DNA from: Candidatus Marinacidobacterium sp.
Lineage (GTDB): Bacteria; Acidobacteriota; Vicinamibacteria; Marinacidobacterales; Marinacidobacteraceae
Direction: 5' to 3'
Assembly: GCA_965220965.1 (NCBI GenBank)
Contig: OZ244852.1
Location: 2,688,001-2,752,000, forward strand
DNA: 64,000 nucleotides
The translations under genes and the position numbers were made by a program. The first letter of the stretch is position 1. Every line of letters begins with the position of its first letter. Below the pieces are notes generated by a model, which saw nothing but the letters and a program-made list of their open reading frames with translations, was not told where the DNA came from and did not search any database. Below are positions 36,893 to 47,046 of the stretch, piece after piece.

Positions 36893-39801
36893 CGTCCGGC
36901 CTCCAGCGCGGAGTCCACGCCCTCCGGCGGGCCCGGACGCCCCGCATCGGCGCTCTCCGCGGCCGCCGCGACCGGGAATCGGAGAACGAACCGGGTGCCC
37001 CGGTTCCCCTCGCTCTCGACTTCGATGACGCCGCCGTGCTCCTGCACGATCCCGTAGCTGATGGACAGCCCGAGGCCGTTCCCCCCGGTCTTCTTCCGGG
37101 TGGAGAAGAACGGGTCGTAGATGCGGCGGATGTCCTCCGGCGCGATCCCCTCCCCGGTGTCGGTGACCTCCGCGATGACCTGGTCACCGGAGGACCGGGT
37201 CGCGATCGTGAGCTGGCCGCCGGTCGACATCGCGTCGAAGGCGTTCACCGCGAGGTTGACGAACACCTGCTGCAGCCGGTTGTCGTCGCCGAGGATTCCG
37301 GGGAGGCCAGGGTCCAGTTCCTTCCGGATCCGGATGTGGGAGGCGCGCGCCTGGTGATCGAGCAGCGAGAGGACGTCGCTCAGAACGCGGTTCAGGTCGA
37401 TGCGGGTGAAGGCGGTGGGCTGGGTGCGGGCGAAGTTGAGCAGCCCGTTCACGATCTGGGAGGCCCGCTCGGTCTGCTTCTCGATCTTCCGCAGCAGCGG
37501 GGTTCTGGGGTCCTTGCCATCGGTCTGGTCCTGGAGCATCTGGGTGAAGCTCGAGATACCCGTGAGGGGAGTGTTCACCTCGTGGGCCACGCCGGCGGCG
37601 AGGACGCCCAGCGAGCTCATCTTCTCCCGGAGCTGCATCTCGTTCTCCATCCGGACCCGGTCGGTGATGTCCTCCAGAATCAGCAGCGCCCCGTGGTGTT
37701 CCCCCCCGCCAGAAACGAACGGCGCCGCCTTCACGTTCACCACCCGATCGGCGCCGTCGGCCGCCCGCAGGTTGAGCCGCGAGATTCCGCCGCCTTCTCC
37801 CCGGGAGAGCCAGCCGTCCCCCAGCCCGGCGTCGAGCGCCCGACGGAGCCGCTCGGGAAAGACCGCCTCGTAGCGCGCCTGGGCGACCTCGTGGCGGCTG
37901 CGGCCGTAGATCCGCTCCATGGACCGGTTCCACCGGACCACCCGCCCGTCCAGATTGAACACCACGACTCCGGCGCCGAGCGATTCGATCGTGTCATCGG
38001 ACTGTTCCCGGAGCGCGACGACTTCTTCGTGCTTCGCCTGCAGGGAACTGTAGAGCCGGGCGTTCACCAGCGCGGTGGCGGCCTGCGCCGCCACCGTGCG
38101 AAGGAGATCCAGGTCCTCCGAGGAGAGGTCGTCTCCGTCGACCGTGGGGCCGAGCAGGAAAGCGCCGACGACTTCGCCGCGGGCGAAGCAGGGGACGGCG
38201 TCCATGACCCAGGCGCCGTCGCGCACCGGAGCGGGCATGAGCGCGGCGCGGGCGATCGCGCCGTCCGCCAGACGCCGGCGAACCGATGCGGCCGCCGCGA
38301 AGCGCTCCGCCACCCCGACCTCCCCTTCATCGAGGCCGTGGGAGGCCACGACGCGCAGCGCGCGCGATTCGGGAGCCTCCGGCGCCGCCAGCAGCGCCAC
38401 CCGCTCGAGCCGGAACGTCTCGGCGATTTTCTCGACGAGGCGGGACGCCAGCGGGACGAGGTCCAGCCGGGAGTTCATCTCCGCCGCCAGCCCGGCCAGC
38501 GCCCGCCGGAAGTCGTAGTGCTCCCGGTAGAACATCCGGTCGATGAAGCGCTCGAACCGGCCGCGGAACGCTGGCGCCGCCAGGGCCGCGATGATCGCGG
38601 ACAGCACCGCGATGGTCAGCGAGTGCTCGTCTCCTCCCAGCCAGGACGTCCCGAGGAGAAACGCCCCCAGGTAGATGGCCGCGATGCCCGCCGCGATCGA
38701 GGCGAGCAGGATCCCCCGCTTGAAGAGGATCTCGACATCCATCAGCCGGTACTTGACGATGGCGTAGGCGAACGAAAGCGGCACCAGGGCCATCGGAACC
38801 AGCGACAGCTCCATCTCCGGCGTCGTCGGGAGTCCGCTGAAATAGGGAGCGGCGTAGATCACCGCGAACGGGAGCATCCCCGCGCCGGTCCCCCAGACGA
38901 TCCACTTGAGCTGTTTCGCCACCGTGACGCTCGTCGCGCTCCGGTAGGCGTCCACGAACGCGCCGAACGCCCCGAGCGAATAGACCGCCCACAGGATCGG
39001 CTCCACCCGGTCGAGGAAGACCTCGCTGCCGGTGATCACCCCCGGTCCGGGGCTGAAGGGCGAGAAATAGAGGAGCCGGGCGCCGAGGGAAAGCGCGAGC
39101 AGAAGGAACGACGGGACGTAGATCCGCTGGATGGCCTGTGGCCAGCGCGCGAGCAGTCGGCTCGGCGCCGGAAAGCTGAGGGAGAAGTGAAGGAAGACCG
39201 GCGGGAAGAAGAGGACCCCGATCCGGTCCAGCCAGAAGAAGATGTGGTCGAAGGCGTCCAGTTGGCCGGTGAAGGAGAACGAGAACGCGAGGAGCCAGAG
39301 GAGGCACAGACCGTAGAAGTGGGCGGCCGCCGACGCGCCCCGACGGAAGGCGTAGACGAACGCGCCGACGCAGCCGGCGAACACGCCCACCGCCGCGAGG
39401 AAGAAGTAGAGCGACGTGTTCCCGGCGGGCAGGGGCGCGACCGGCACGGTCATCCCGCGGCGTTCGCCCTCGCGCACCAGGACGTAGCGGAGCTGCTCCC
39501 CCTCGCCGGCCCCGTCGAGGGCGGCCCGCGCGTCTTCCGCGAACTCGATCTCGGTGACCGAGCCGCTCGACCGGTTCGTGATCGCCTGCAGGCTGTCGCC
39601 CACCCGGATGCCGGCCCGGTCCCCGGGGCCGCCTTCCTCGACCCGCTGCGCCACGACCCGCCCCAGCTCGTCGCTCCACAGCACGCCGTCGTCCATGACG
39701 CCGGTCGTCGCCTGGCGGAAGATGTTCGTCCCCGCCAGGGCGAGAAGCAGGGCGGTCGCCGCCACGGCGAGGGCGGAGCGGGTGGGGCCGCGAATCAGCA
39801 T
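36889..39801 (-). CDS. Membrane sensor histidine kinase (PDZ, multi-TM, GAF, PAS, HisKA, HATPase)
   Basis: PDZ-like GGPGDRAGIRVGD; many TM helices; GAF LSSEDLDLL; H-box GVAHEVNTPL; QQVFVNL, DTGEGI, DPFFST, GNGLGLSISYGIV. Confidence 0.93.
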   Translation of the reverse strand: MLIRGPTRSALAVAATALLLALAGTNIFRQATTGVMDDGVLWSDELGRVVAQRVEEGGPGDRAGIRVGDSLQAITNRSSGSVTEIEFAEDARAALDGAGEGEQLRYVLVREGERRGMTVPVAPLPAGNTSLYFFLAAVGVFAGCVGAFVYAFRRGASAAAHFYGLCLLWLLAFSFSFTGQLDAFDHIFFWLDRIGVLFFPPVFLHFSLSFPAPSRLLARWPQAIQRIYVPSFLLLALSLGARLLYFSPFSPGPGVITGSEVFLDRVEPILWAVYSLGAFGAFVDAYRSATSVTVAKQLKWIVWGTGAGMLPFAVIYAAPYFSGLPTTPEMELSLVPMALVPLSFAYAIVKYRLMDVEILFKRGILLASIAAGIAAIYLGAFLLGTSWLGGDEHSLTIAVLSAIIAALAAPAFRGRFERFIDRMFYREHYDFRRALAGLAAEMNSRLDLVPLASRLVEKIAETFRLERVALLAAPEAPESRALRVVASHGLDEGEVGVAERFAAAASVRRRLADGAIARAALMPAPVRDGAWVMDAVPCFARGEVVGAFLLGPTVDGDDLSSEDLDLLRTVAAQAATALVNARLYSSLQAKHEEVVALREQSDDTIESLGAGVVVFNLDGRVVRWNRSMERIYGRSRHEVAQARYEAVFPERLRRALDAGLGDGWLSRGEGGGISRLNLRAADGADRVVNVKAAPFVSGGGEHHGALLILEDITDRVRMENEMQLREKMSSLGVLAAGVAHEVNTPLTGISSFTQMLQDQTDGKDPRTPLLRKIEKQTERASQIVNGLLNFARTQPTAFTRIDLNRVLSDVLSLLDHQARASHIRIRKELDPGLPGILGDDNRLQQVFVNLAVNAFDAMSTGGQLTIATRSSGDQVIAEVTDTGEGIAPEDIRRIYDPFFSTRKKTGGNGLGLSISYGIVQEHGGVIEVESEGNRGTRFVLRFPVAAAAESADAGRPGPPEGVDSALEAGR

Positions 39802-39878
39802 CCCGGGGAGGAAGTCAGCGGGCTCGAGGGAACGCGTAGTCCCCCAAAGAGCCGAACCGCGAGTCTATCCAACACAAC

Positions 39879-39899
39879 GGATGCGCGACGGGCGCATCC
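39879..39899 (-). terminator. Hairpin between the barrel gene and the kinase gene
   Basis: GGATGCGC-N5-GCGCATCC, followed on the minus strand by GTTGTGTT. Confidence 0.4.
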
Positions 39900-39965
39900 A
39901 ATCCCTTGGAGCCCCCGCTACGGAGCCGAAGGAGCGGCCGCGTCGCGCGGAGCCGCGCGTTCGCT

Positions 39966-41894
39966 CTAAAACCGAACTGCGAGGCCGCCGACGAGTCGGC
40001 GAGGCGCCCGGGCGACCGCCAGCTCATCGAGCAGTGAACGGCTCACGAAGTCGCGGAAGAACAGGTCCCGGACCGCGAGCGACAGCTCCCACTCGGTGCC
40101 GCTCCAGTCGGCGAAGGGGATCAGTTGCACCAGCTCCACATCGAAACGCGTCGTGTGCTGGTCCCCGTTCCGGCCGGCGACCGCAACCGGGTGAATGCCG
40201 GGGTGGCGGATCCATCGGGTGGCGGCGTTGATCCGGGTTCCGGAAGGCTGGAGGACCGCCACGACTTCGGCCGAGAGGTCGTTCAGGACCGCGCCATCCG
40301 ACAAAAGCAGGACGGAAACCGGATCGAAACCGTCCGCAGACAGGGGTGGAGCGTCGTCTTCGGGACGATCCCGCACCACCGCCACGACCCACGAGACTCT
40401 CGCCCCCACATCCAGTTTGCCGGTCACCCGCGTCAGGTCGCGGATCCAGTCGATCCCGAACCCCTGGACGCTGGTGTTTCCGGCGTTCGATACATCGAAG
40501 TGGCCGCCGCCCACCGGCCCGGACTCGAACGCGCGCACCAGTTGGTCCGAGTTGTGTTCGCGGAAGACCCGGGCGCCCAGCGTGAAGCGCTCGTCGAGCC
40601 GCACCTCGGCCCCGGCCTGATACCGGGTGGTGCGCTGGGCCGCGAGCGACCGGTACCAGCCCGGATCGAGCGCGAGCAGGTCGGCGTGCGCGACCCGCGA
40701 CAGGAGCCCGGTGTCTTCCCCGAGCGGCCCGTCCACCCGGACGGCGACGCCGCCCTCGAGCGTGACCGAGGGCGTCACCGCGAACTCGAGCACCGCCCGC
40801 GGAGCGAGTCCCTGGTGGCCCTCGAGATGCGAGAACCGGCGGTAGGTCAACCCGGTGCTGAGGCGGGTGCGGCCGAGAGTGAAGTCATCGGCGACCCACG
40901 CCGCGCCATCCCACGCCGCCTGCGGATCGGCGAGCGGATTCAGGCCGGCGAGCCCTGTGAACGACAGGATCGGCGCCGACGGCGGGCGGAACCCCCCGAT
41001 GCCTTGGTAGAGGTGGCGCTGGTAGCCGAGGCCGGCGGCGAACTCGTGTCCGTCGAGTTCCTCCATCTCGTAGGAGAGGTTCATGGCCCAGGACGCGAAC
41101 GCCGACTCCATGAGACGGGCTTCGGCTTCCCAGCGGCCGCGGGCGGTCGAGGGCAACTCGAACCGGGTGTAGGCGATCCCCGAGTCCACCCCCTGGCTCT
41201 CGGCGAGCCCGAGCGAACTCCCGGAAGCGGCGAAGAAGCCGAATTCGCCTTCGATCTGGCCGAGCGCCGGGAAGCGCGGGCGGTCGTTCCAGTGGTCGGC
41301 GAACGGACGCGCCGAAAGATCCTCGGGGCCGAGTCCGGCTCGCCGCTCCTTCAGGATGTTGCGTCGACCGCGCTGGAGCAGCCAGCGGAGTTCGGAAAGG
41401 GTTCCGGCTCCGGGATTCGCGGTGGCGGCCGCCATCTGGATGAGCAGCGTGTCCGCGATCGAAGCTTCGCTCCGCACCAGAACCTGCGCCCTGGGGGAGG
41501 GCAGGAAACCGGCCAGATAGGCGCGCAGGCTGTAGAGCCCGGGGCCGGTGTCCACGACCTCGAAGCGCCCCTGCGCATCGGTGACCGCGAACTGCGCTTC
41601 GTCTCCGTCTTCGGCGTCGAAGACCGAGACGAGCGCCCCCGGCAGCGGGTGTCCTTCCTGGGTGGCGACGACCCCGGTGATCTGGGCGAGAACCACGACT
41701 CCGGCGCCGGGGTTCGAAGCGCTCCCGGCGGCGCCCGGCGAGCCCTCGGGCGTAGGGCCGGGCCAGGCTGTCGATGGGGCGCCGGAAGCCGCTCCCGCGA
41801 CCGCCAGCGACGCCGCCGCGGACAGAACCACCCCGATGAAGGAGGGCCCGGGACGCGGCAAAGGCCGGAAATCCCCATGGAACATCCGGGTCAT
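39966..41894 (-). CDS. Outer-membrane beta-barrel protein with carboxypeptidase-regulatory-like domain (TonB-receptor-like, no obvious plug)
   Basis: Signal-like N-terminus; ITGVVATQEGHPLPGALV...TDAQGRF...PGLYSLRAYLAGF; amphipathic strands; C-terminal RRLVGGLAVRF. Confidence 0.7.
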   Translation of the reverse strand: MTRMFHGDFRPLPRPGPSFIGVVLSAAASLAVAGAASGAPSTAWPGPTPEGSPGAAGSASNPGAGVVVLAQITGVVATQEGHPLPGALVSVFDAEDGDEAQFAVTDAQGRFEVVDTGPGLYSLRAYLAGFLPSPRAQVLVRSEASIADTLLIQMAAATANPGAGTLSELRWLLQRGRRNILKERRAGLGPEDLSARPFADHWNDRPRFPALGQIEGEFGFFAASGSSLGLAESQGVDSGIAYTRFELPSTARGRWEAEARLMESAFASWAMNLSYEMEELDGHEFAAGLGYQRHLYQGIGGFRPPSAPILSFTGLAGLNPLADPQAAWDGAAWVADDFTLGRTRLSTGLTYRRFSHLEGHQGLAPRAVLEFAVTPSVTLEGGVAVRVDGPLGEDTGLLSRVAHADLLALDPGWYRSLAAQRTTRYQAGAEVRLDERFTLGARVFREHNSDQLVRAFESGPVGGGHFDVSNAGNTSVQGFGIDWIRDLTRVTGKLDVGARVSWVVAVVRDRPEDDAPPLSADGFDPVSVLLLSDGAVLNDLSAEVVAVLQPSGTRINAATRWIRHPGIHPVAVAGRNGDQHTTRFDVELVQLIPFADWSGTEWELSLAVRDLFFRDFVSRSLLDELAVARAPRRLVGGLAVRF

Positions 41895-41996
41895 CGTCTT
41901 GTAAGTGAAGCGCGCGCGCGGCCCGGTGTCAAACGCAACCCCCCGATTCCGGGGGGCAGCGCGGCGGATCTGCGATCCCTCCCTAGAATTCACCGG

Positions 41997-43295
41997 ATGG
42001 CGACGAACGGTCTGGAGTCCGGCATCGAGCGGGTCCTGGCGCGCGAGATCCTCGACTCGAGGGGCCGGCCGACGGTGGAAGCCGAGGTGTGGCTCGACGG
42101 GGGCGCCATCGGCCGGGCGGCGGTCCCCTCGGGAGCCTCCACCGGAAAGCACGAGGCGCTGGAGCGCCGTGACGGAGACCCGGACCGTTACCGCGGGCGC
42201 GGGGTGCGGCGGGCGGTCGAGGCGATCGAGGGCCCCATCGCCGCCGAGCTCCTCGGCGAGGACGCCCTCGACCAGGCGAGCGTGGATGGACTGCTGGTGG
42301 AGCTCGACGGGACCCCGGACCGCTCCCGCCTGGGGGCGAACGCGATCCTGGCGGTGTCGCTCGCGAACGCGAAGGCGGCTGCGGCGGCCTCCGGCGTTCC
42401 GCTCTACCGCTGCCTCGGCGGCGCGCTCGCCGACACCCTCCCCGTCCCCTTCTTCAATGTGCTCAACGGCGGCGCCCACGCCGACAACGCCCTGCTGGTT
42501 CAGGAGTTCCTCGTGGTCCCGCTGGGACGCGAGAGCTTCGCCGAGGCGCTCCACGCCGGCGTCCTGGTGTTCGAGGCGCTCCGCGAGAAGCTCGCCGAGC
42601 GCGGGCTGTCGACCTCGGTCGGCGACGAGGGCGGCTTCGCTCCCGCGCTCGGGGACGCCGCCGAGGCGCTGACCCTGCTCGTCGAGGCGGCGGAGCGCGC
42701 CGGATTCCGGCCGGGCGAGGATCTGGGTCTGGCGCTCGATGTGGCGGCCACCGAATTCCAGCGAGCCGCGGGCTACCACTTCCCGGATCCCGGCGGACCG
42801 CCGGTTCCGGCGGAGGCGATGATCGAGACCTACGCCGGATGGGTGGAGCGTTTCCCCGCGCTGCGATCCATCGAGGACGCGCTCGGCGAAGACGACTGGG
42901 ATGGATGGCGGGCCCTGACCTCCGAACTCGGAGACCGGATCCAGCTCGTCGGCGACGATCTCTTCGTGACCCGCGAGGACCGGCTCGAGCGCGGCATCCG
43001 CGAGGGGGCGGCGAACGCGGTGCTGGTCAAGCCGAACCAGATCGGTGTCCTGACGGAGACCCTCGGCGTGATCCGCCGCTCCCGGCAGGCCGGTTGGGGC
43101 TCGATGGTGAGCCACCGGTCCGGCGAGACGACCGACACCTCGATCTCCCATCTCGCGGTGGGCGCCGGCGCCGGGCAGATCAAGGCGGGAGCGCCCTGTC
43201 GCGGCGAGCGGGTCGAGAAATACAACGAGCTTCTGCGGATTCAGGAGGACCTCGGTCCGCGCGCCCGGCTGGCGGCCGATCCCGGACCCCGGTGA
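41997..43295 (+). CDS. eno: Enolase
   Basis: AREILDSRGRPTVE, VPSGASTG, NGGAHA, VGDEGGFAP, IQLVGDDLFVT, VKPNQIG, SHRSGET, ERVEKYNELLRI. Confidence 0.97.
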   Translation: MATNGLESGIERVLAREILDSRGRPTVEAEVWLDGGAIGRAAVPSGASTGKHEALERRDGDPDRYRGRGVRRAVEAIEGPIAAELLGEDALDQASVDGLLVELDGTPDRSRLGANAILAVSLANAKAAAAASGVPLYRCLGGALADTLPVPFFNVLNGGAHADNALLVQEFLVVPLGRESFAEALHAGVLVFEALREKLAERGLSTSVGDEGGFAPALGDAAEALTLLVEAAERAGFRPGEDLGLALDVAATEFQRAAGYHFPDPGGPPVPAEAMIETYAGWVERFPALRSIEDALGEDDWDGWRALTSELGDRIQLVGDDLFVTREDRLERGIREGAANAVLVKPNQIGVLTETLGVIRRSRQAGWGSMVSHRSGETTDTSISHLAVGAGAGQIKAGAPCRGERVEKYNELLRIQEDLGPRARLAADPGPR

Positions 43296-43900
43296 CGGCG
43301 CCCGACTCTCCCTACCGCATCCGGCAATACCCGCTGGACAGCGGGGCCCTCGAGATCCAGTTCATCGAGGAATTCTTCGGCGAGTTCGACCGGAAGAAGA
43401 CCGTTCCCGAGATCCTCTCCCGGCTCCGGGGGCGGGAGCACGCGATCCTGATGGTCGAGGCCGAGCTGCCCGAGGAGCCGGGCCGCTGGGCGCCGGTCTC
43501 CTACCGCGTCGCCCACGAACTGCGCGCGGGAGACGAGGACCCCAGGCTGGCGGATCTGGTGGAGCGGCTCTCGGGAAGGGTCCGGTTCGCCGGGCAACGC
43601 GTTCTCTACGCCTGGCTGGGCGGGACGCGCAGCGACTGGCGAGGGCAGGGGCACTTCCGGGCGCTGTCGGAGTCGCTCGAGGAGTGGGCGGTGGAGCAGG
43701 GGTTCCGCGAGATCGTGGTCAAGACGAAGAACCGCTACTACGAGATGCGCGGCACGCTGACCCACCTCGACTTCGACGTGATCCACTACGAGCCGCATCC
43801 GCTGCACAACGGCGAGTCCAAGGTCTATCTCTCGAAGCGCCTCGGATCCAGCCTGCGCCGCCGTCCGCGCCTTTCGCTGGATCGCTACCAGGCGGTCTGA
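43292..43900 (+). CDS. GNAT-family acetyltransferase-like protein
   Basis: GTGA overlap with eno; LYAWLGGTRSDWRGQGHFRAL (acetyl-CoA binding motif A), then EQGFREIVVKTKNRYYEM. Confidence 0.7.
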   Translation: MTAPDSPYRIRQYPLDSGALEIQFIEEFFGEFDRKKTVPEILSRLRGREHAILMVEAELPEEPGRWAPVSYRVAHELRAGDEDPRLADLVERLSGRVRFAGQRVLYAWLGGTRSDWRGQGHFRALSESLEEWAVEQGFREIVVKTKNRYYEMRGTLTHLDFDVIHYEPHPLHNGESKVYLSKRLGSSLRRRPRLSLDRYQAV

Positions 43901-43972
43901 CCGCGGGGCGGAACCCCCGTCCGGGTGCGGTATCTTCGGCGCCGGTCGCTCGACGCGGCCCGGGAGCCGGTC

Positions 43973-46039
43973 ATGATGAGAACTGCTCGCCGGGGTTTCC
44001 TCCTGGCGCTTTGCCTTGCGCTATCACCCGGCGCCGCCGGCATCGCGACCGGCGAAGTCGTGGGGTTCGAGATCACCGAGCGTTCGGACCTTCTCGACGG
44101 GCGGTCCTTCGGGCTGGCGGGGCCCTACGAGCGGATCGTCGGCGTCGTCCGCTTCGCGTTCGATCCGGACAACGAGGCGAACCGGATCATCGCGGACATC
44201 GGTCTCGCCCCGAGGAACGACGAGGGCCGCGTCGAGATGTCGGCCGACTTCCACCTGCTGCGCCCGAAAGTGATGCAGAAGGGACGGGGAACGCTTCTCC
44301 TCGAAGTGAACAACCGGGGGCGGAAGGGTCTCCTCGGCTACTTCAACATGGCCGAGGGAAGCCTCATGCCGCGCACCGAGGCGCACTTCGGGGACGGCTT
44401 CCTGATGCGGCGGGGCTTCACCCTGCTCTGGCTCGGCTGGCAGTGGGATGTCCCTGACGACGACCCCCTGCGCATGCGGATGCATCCCCCGGTCGCGACC
44501 CATCCCGACGGATCGCCGATCCGCGGTCTGGTGCGCGCCGACTTCGTCGTGCAGAGCCAGCGGCCGCATCACACCCTCGCCGACCGGAACCACCGCCCCT
44601 ACCGGGTCGCCGACCCCGACGACGGGGCGAACGTGATGACCGTCCGGCGCCGCGTCGAGGACGAGCGCGAAGAGATTCCCCGGGAGCGCTGGGGCTTCGG
44701 CCGCGTCGTCGACGGTGAAGTCGTTCCCGACGATGGGTCGGTCCACCTCGAGGGAGGCTTCCAGCCCCACCGGATCTACGAGGTGGTCTACCGGTCGGAG
44801 AACCCGCCGCTCGTGGGTCTGGGCCCGGCCGGGATCCGGGACTTCGTGACGCTGTTGCGCCACGACGGCCACCAGGATCTCGGCATCGAACCCGGCGACA
44901 TCCGGAACGCCCTCGGGTTCGGGATCTCCCAGAGCGGACGGTTCCTGCGCACCTTCCTCTATTACGGGTTCAACGGCGACGAGCAGGGCCGCCGGGTCTT
45001 CGACGGGGTGATCTCCGATGTGGCCGGCGGGGGCCGCGGCAGCTTCAACCACCGCTTCGCCCAGGCCTCGCGCGACGCGCACCCCTACCTGAACCAGTTC
45101 CACCCCACCGACATCTTTCCGTTCACCGATGTGGAGCAGACCGATCCGGACACCGGAATGACCGCCGGCCTCCTCAGCCGGCAGCGGGAAGCGTTCTATC
45201 CCAGGGTCTTCTACACGAACTCCTCTTACGAGTACTGGGGGCGCGCCGCCAGCCTGATTCACACCACGATCGAGGCGGACGAGGACGCGCGGATTCCGGA
45301 CCATGTCCGGGTCTACATGTATGCGGGGACCCAGCACGGACCCGCCGGGTTCCCGCCCCGGGTCACGATCGGACAGCAGCGCGCCAACCCGAACAACTTC
45401 CGCTGGGGACAGCGGGCCCTGCTCCTCGCGATGGACCGCTGGGCCTCCGGCGGCGCGCCGCCGCCTCCGAGCCGCTACCCGAGCGTCGAGGCCGGCACCG
45501 CGGTGGCGGCGGAAGAGCTGGGCTTTCCGGCGATCCCCGGAGTCGTGACGTCGGACCGGGTCCACAAGGCCTACCGGGCCGACTACGGCCCCGACTTCGC
45601 CACTCGCGGGATCGTGACCCAGGAGCCGCCGGTCATCGGACGCGCCTTCCCGATCCGGGTCTCCTCGATCGACTCCGACGGCAACGAGGTCGCCGGGGTC
45701 CGCCTCCCGGAGGTCATGGTCCCGCTCGCGACCTACACCGGCTGGAACCTGTTTCACGAGGACGCTGGCCCGCCGGACGAGCTGTCCAGCATGGTCGGCT
45801 CCTTCCTGCCGTTCCCGCGGACCGCGGCCGAGCGGGAGGCCAGCGGGGATCCGCGCCGCTCCGTCGAGGAGCGCTACGCCGGCCGGGCTGACTACCTCGG
45901 CCGGTTCACCGAGGCGGCGCTCGATCTGATCGACGCCGGCTACCTCCTCGGCGAGGATCTGCCTGCGCTCACCCGCCACGCCGGCGCGCTCTGGGACCAC
46001 ATCATGGAAGAAGGCCCCGCCGGGGGCTCCTCGCGTTGA
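43973..46039 (+). CDS. Exported alpha/beta hydrolase domain protein (Abhydrolase_10-like)
   Basis: Signal peptide; GPYERI, EVNNRG, GWQWD, nucleophile-elbow GISQSGRFLR, EYWGRAASL, AGTQH, DGNEVAGVRLP. Confidence 0.85.
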   Translation: MMRTARRGFLLALCLALSPGAAGIATGEVVGFEITERSDLLDGRSFGLAGPYERIVGVVRFAFDPDNEANRIIADIGLAPRNDEGRVEMSADFHLLRPKVMQKGRGTLLLEVNNRGRKGLLGYFNMAEGSLMPRTEAHFGDGFLMRRGFTLLWLGWQWDVPDDDPLRMRMHPPVATHPDGSPIRGLVRADFVVQSQRPHHTLADRNHRPYRVADPDDGANVMTVRRRVEDEREEIPRERWGFGRVVDGEVVPDDGSVHLEGGFQPHRIYEVVYRSENPPLVGLGPAGIRDFVTLLRHDGHQDLGIEPGDIRNALGFGISQSGRFLRTFLYYGFNGDEQGRRVFDGVISDVAGGGRGSFNHRFAQASRDAHPYLNQFHPTDIFPFTDVEQTDPDTGMTAGLLSRQREAFYPRVFYTNSSYEYWGRAASLIHTTIEADEDARIPDHVRVYMYAGTQHGPAGFPPRVTIGQQRANPNNFRWGQRALLLAMDRWASGGAPPPPSRYPSVEAGTAVAAEELGFPAIPGVVTSDRVHKAYRADYGPDFATRGIVTQEPPVIGRAFPIRVSSIDSDGNEVAGVRLPEVMVPLATYTGWNLFHEDAGPPDELSSMVGSFLPFPRTAAEREASGDPRRSVEERYAGRADYLGRFTEAALDLIDAGYLLGEDLPALTRHAGALWDHIMEEGPAGGSSR

Positions 46040-47046
46040 GTCTCTCGCGCCTCTCCGTTGGGGGGTTCCTCGCCGCGGCGCTCGCGGGCGCCCTGGCGGG
46101 AGCGTGCGGGCCGGATGGAGACGGCGTGACGGTCGTCCGGGTCGGCCACATCGGGTTCACCGGTTCGCCGTTCGATTACGGCGCGGGGCGATTCGAGGAA
46201 CTCGTCGAGGCGCGATTCCCGGGGCGGGTGGATGTCCGGGTCTTCGGGGCCGCCCAGCTCGGCGAAGACCGCGAGATGCTCGACGGGCTCCGGCTGGGGA
46301 CGCTGCAGATGCACATCCCGTCGTCGGTGCTCCACTCGGTGGCCCCCGAGTTCGCGCTGTTCGATCTGCCGTTCCTCGTCCAGGACCGGGAACACTTCGA
46401 GCGGATCGCCGCCGGCCCGATCGGCGAGAGCCTGCGCGCGACGCTCCGCCGCGACCACGGCCTCGTCCTGCTGGCGTTCTGGGAGAACGGGTTCCGGGTC
46501 ATCACGAACAACGTCCGTCCGGTCGTGACCCCGGCGGACCTCGGGGGAATCCGTCTGCGGACGCCGAAGGATCCCGAGCGGGTGCGGCTGTTCGAGGTCC
46601 TCGGCGCGAGCCCCGCCTCGATGAGCTTCACCGAGGTGTTCTCGGCGCTGCGGCAGGGCGTCGTGGATGGCCAGGAGAACCCGCTCGCGCAACTGACCGC
46701 GGCCCGCTTTCACGAGGTGCAGCGGTTCCTCTCGGTGTCGAACCACGTCTACACGCCCGCCTACCCGCTCGTTCCGGCCCGGTGGTTCGACGCCTTGCCG
46801 CCGGATGTTCAGGAAGGACTCCTCGCCGCCGCCGAGGAGACCGGCGCCTGGCTGCGGGAGTTCCTCGAAGAGGAGGACCGGCGGCTCCTCGCGATGGTCG
46901 GTGGCGAGCTCGAAGTGAACGAGGTGGACCGCGCCGCCTTCGCGGAAGCCGCGGCGCCAGTGTTCGACCACTACCGGGAGCGCTTCGGCGGGGACTGGAT
47001 CGACGCGGCGCGCCGGCTGGAGGAGACCCCTGCCGGACGTCCCTGA
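46036..47046 (+). CDS. dctP: TRAP transporter substrate-binding lipoprotein
   Basis: Lipobox LAGAC; QLGEDREML, FDLPFL, WENGFR, GIRLRT, EVFSALRQGVVDGQENP. Confidence 0.92.
   Translation: MSLSRLSVGGFLAAALAGALAGACGPDGDGVTVVRVGHIGFTGSPFDYGAGRFEELVEARFPGRVDVRVFGAAQLGEDREMLDGLRLGTLQMHIPSSVLHSVAPEFALFDLPFLVQDREHFERIAAGPIGESLRATLRRDHGLVLLAFWENGFRVITNNVRPVVTPADLGGIRLRTPKDPERVRLFEVLGASPASMSFTEVFSALRQGVVDGQENPLAQLTAARFHEVQRFLSVSNHVYTPAYPLVPARWFDALPPDVQEGLLAAAEETGAWLREFLEEEDRRLLAMVGGELEVNEVDRAAFAEAAAPVFDHYRERFGGDWIDAARRLEETPAGRP

Noticed and set aside
33336-37187. Apparent giant ORFs from upstream extensions (1283-aa GWxTD; also 40125-43295 enolase, 39966-43151 and 9618-11903)
   Set aside because: The extensions are Arg/Pro/Gly-rich off-frame reads of neighbouring genes; real starts with signal peptides or family N-termini occur downstream.
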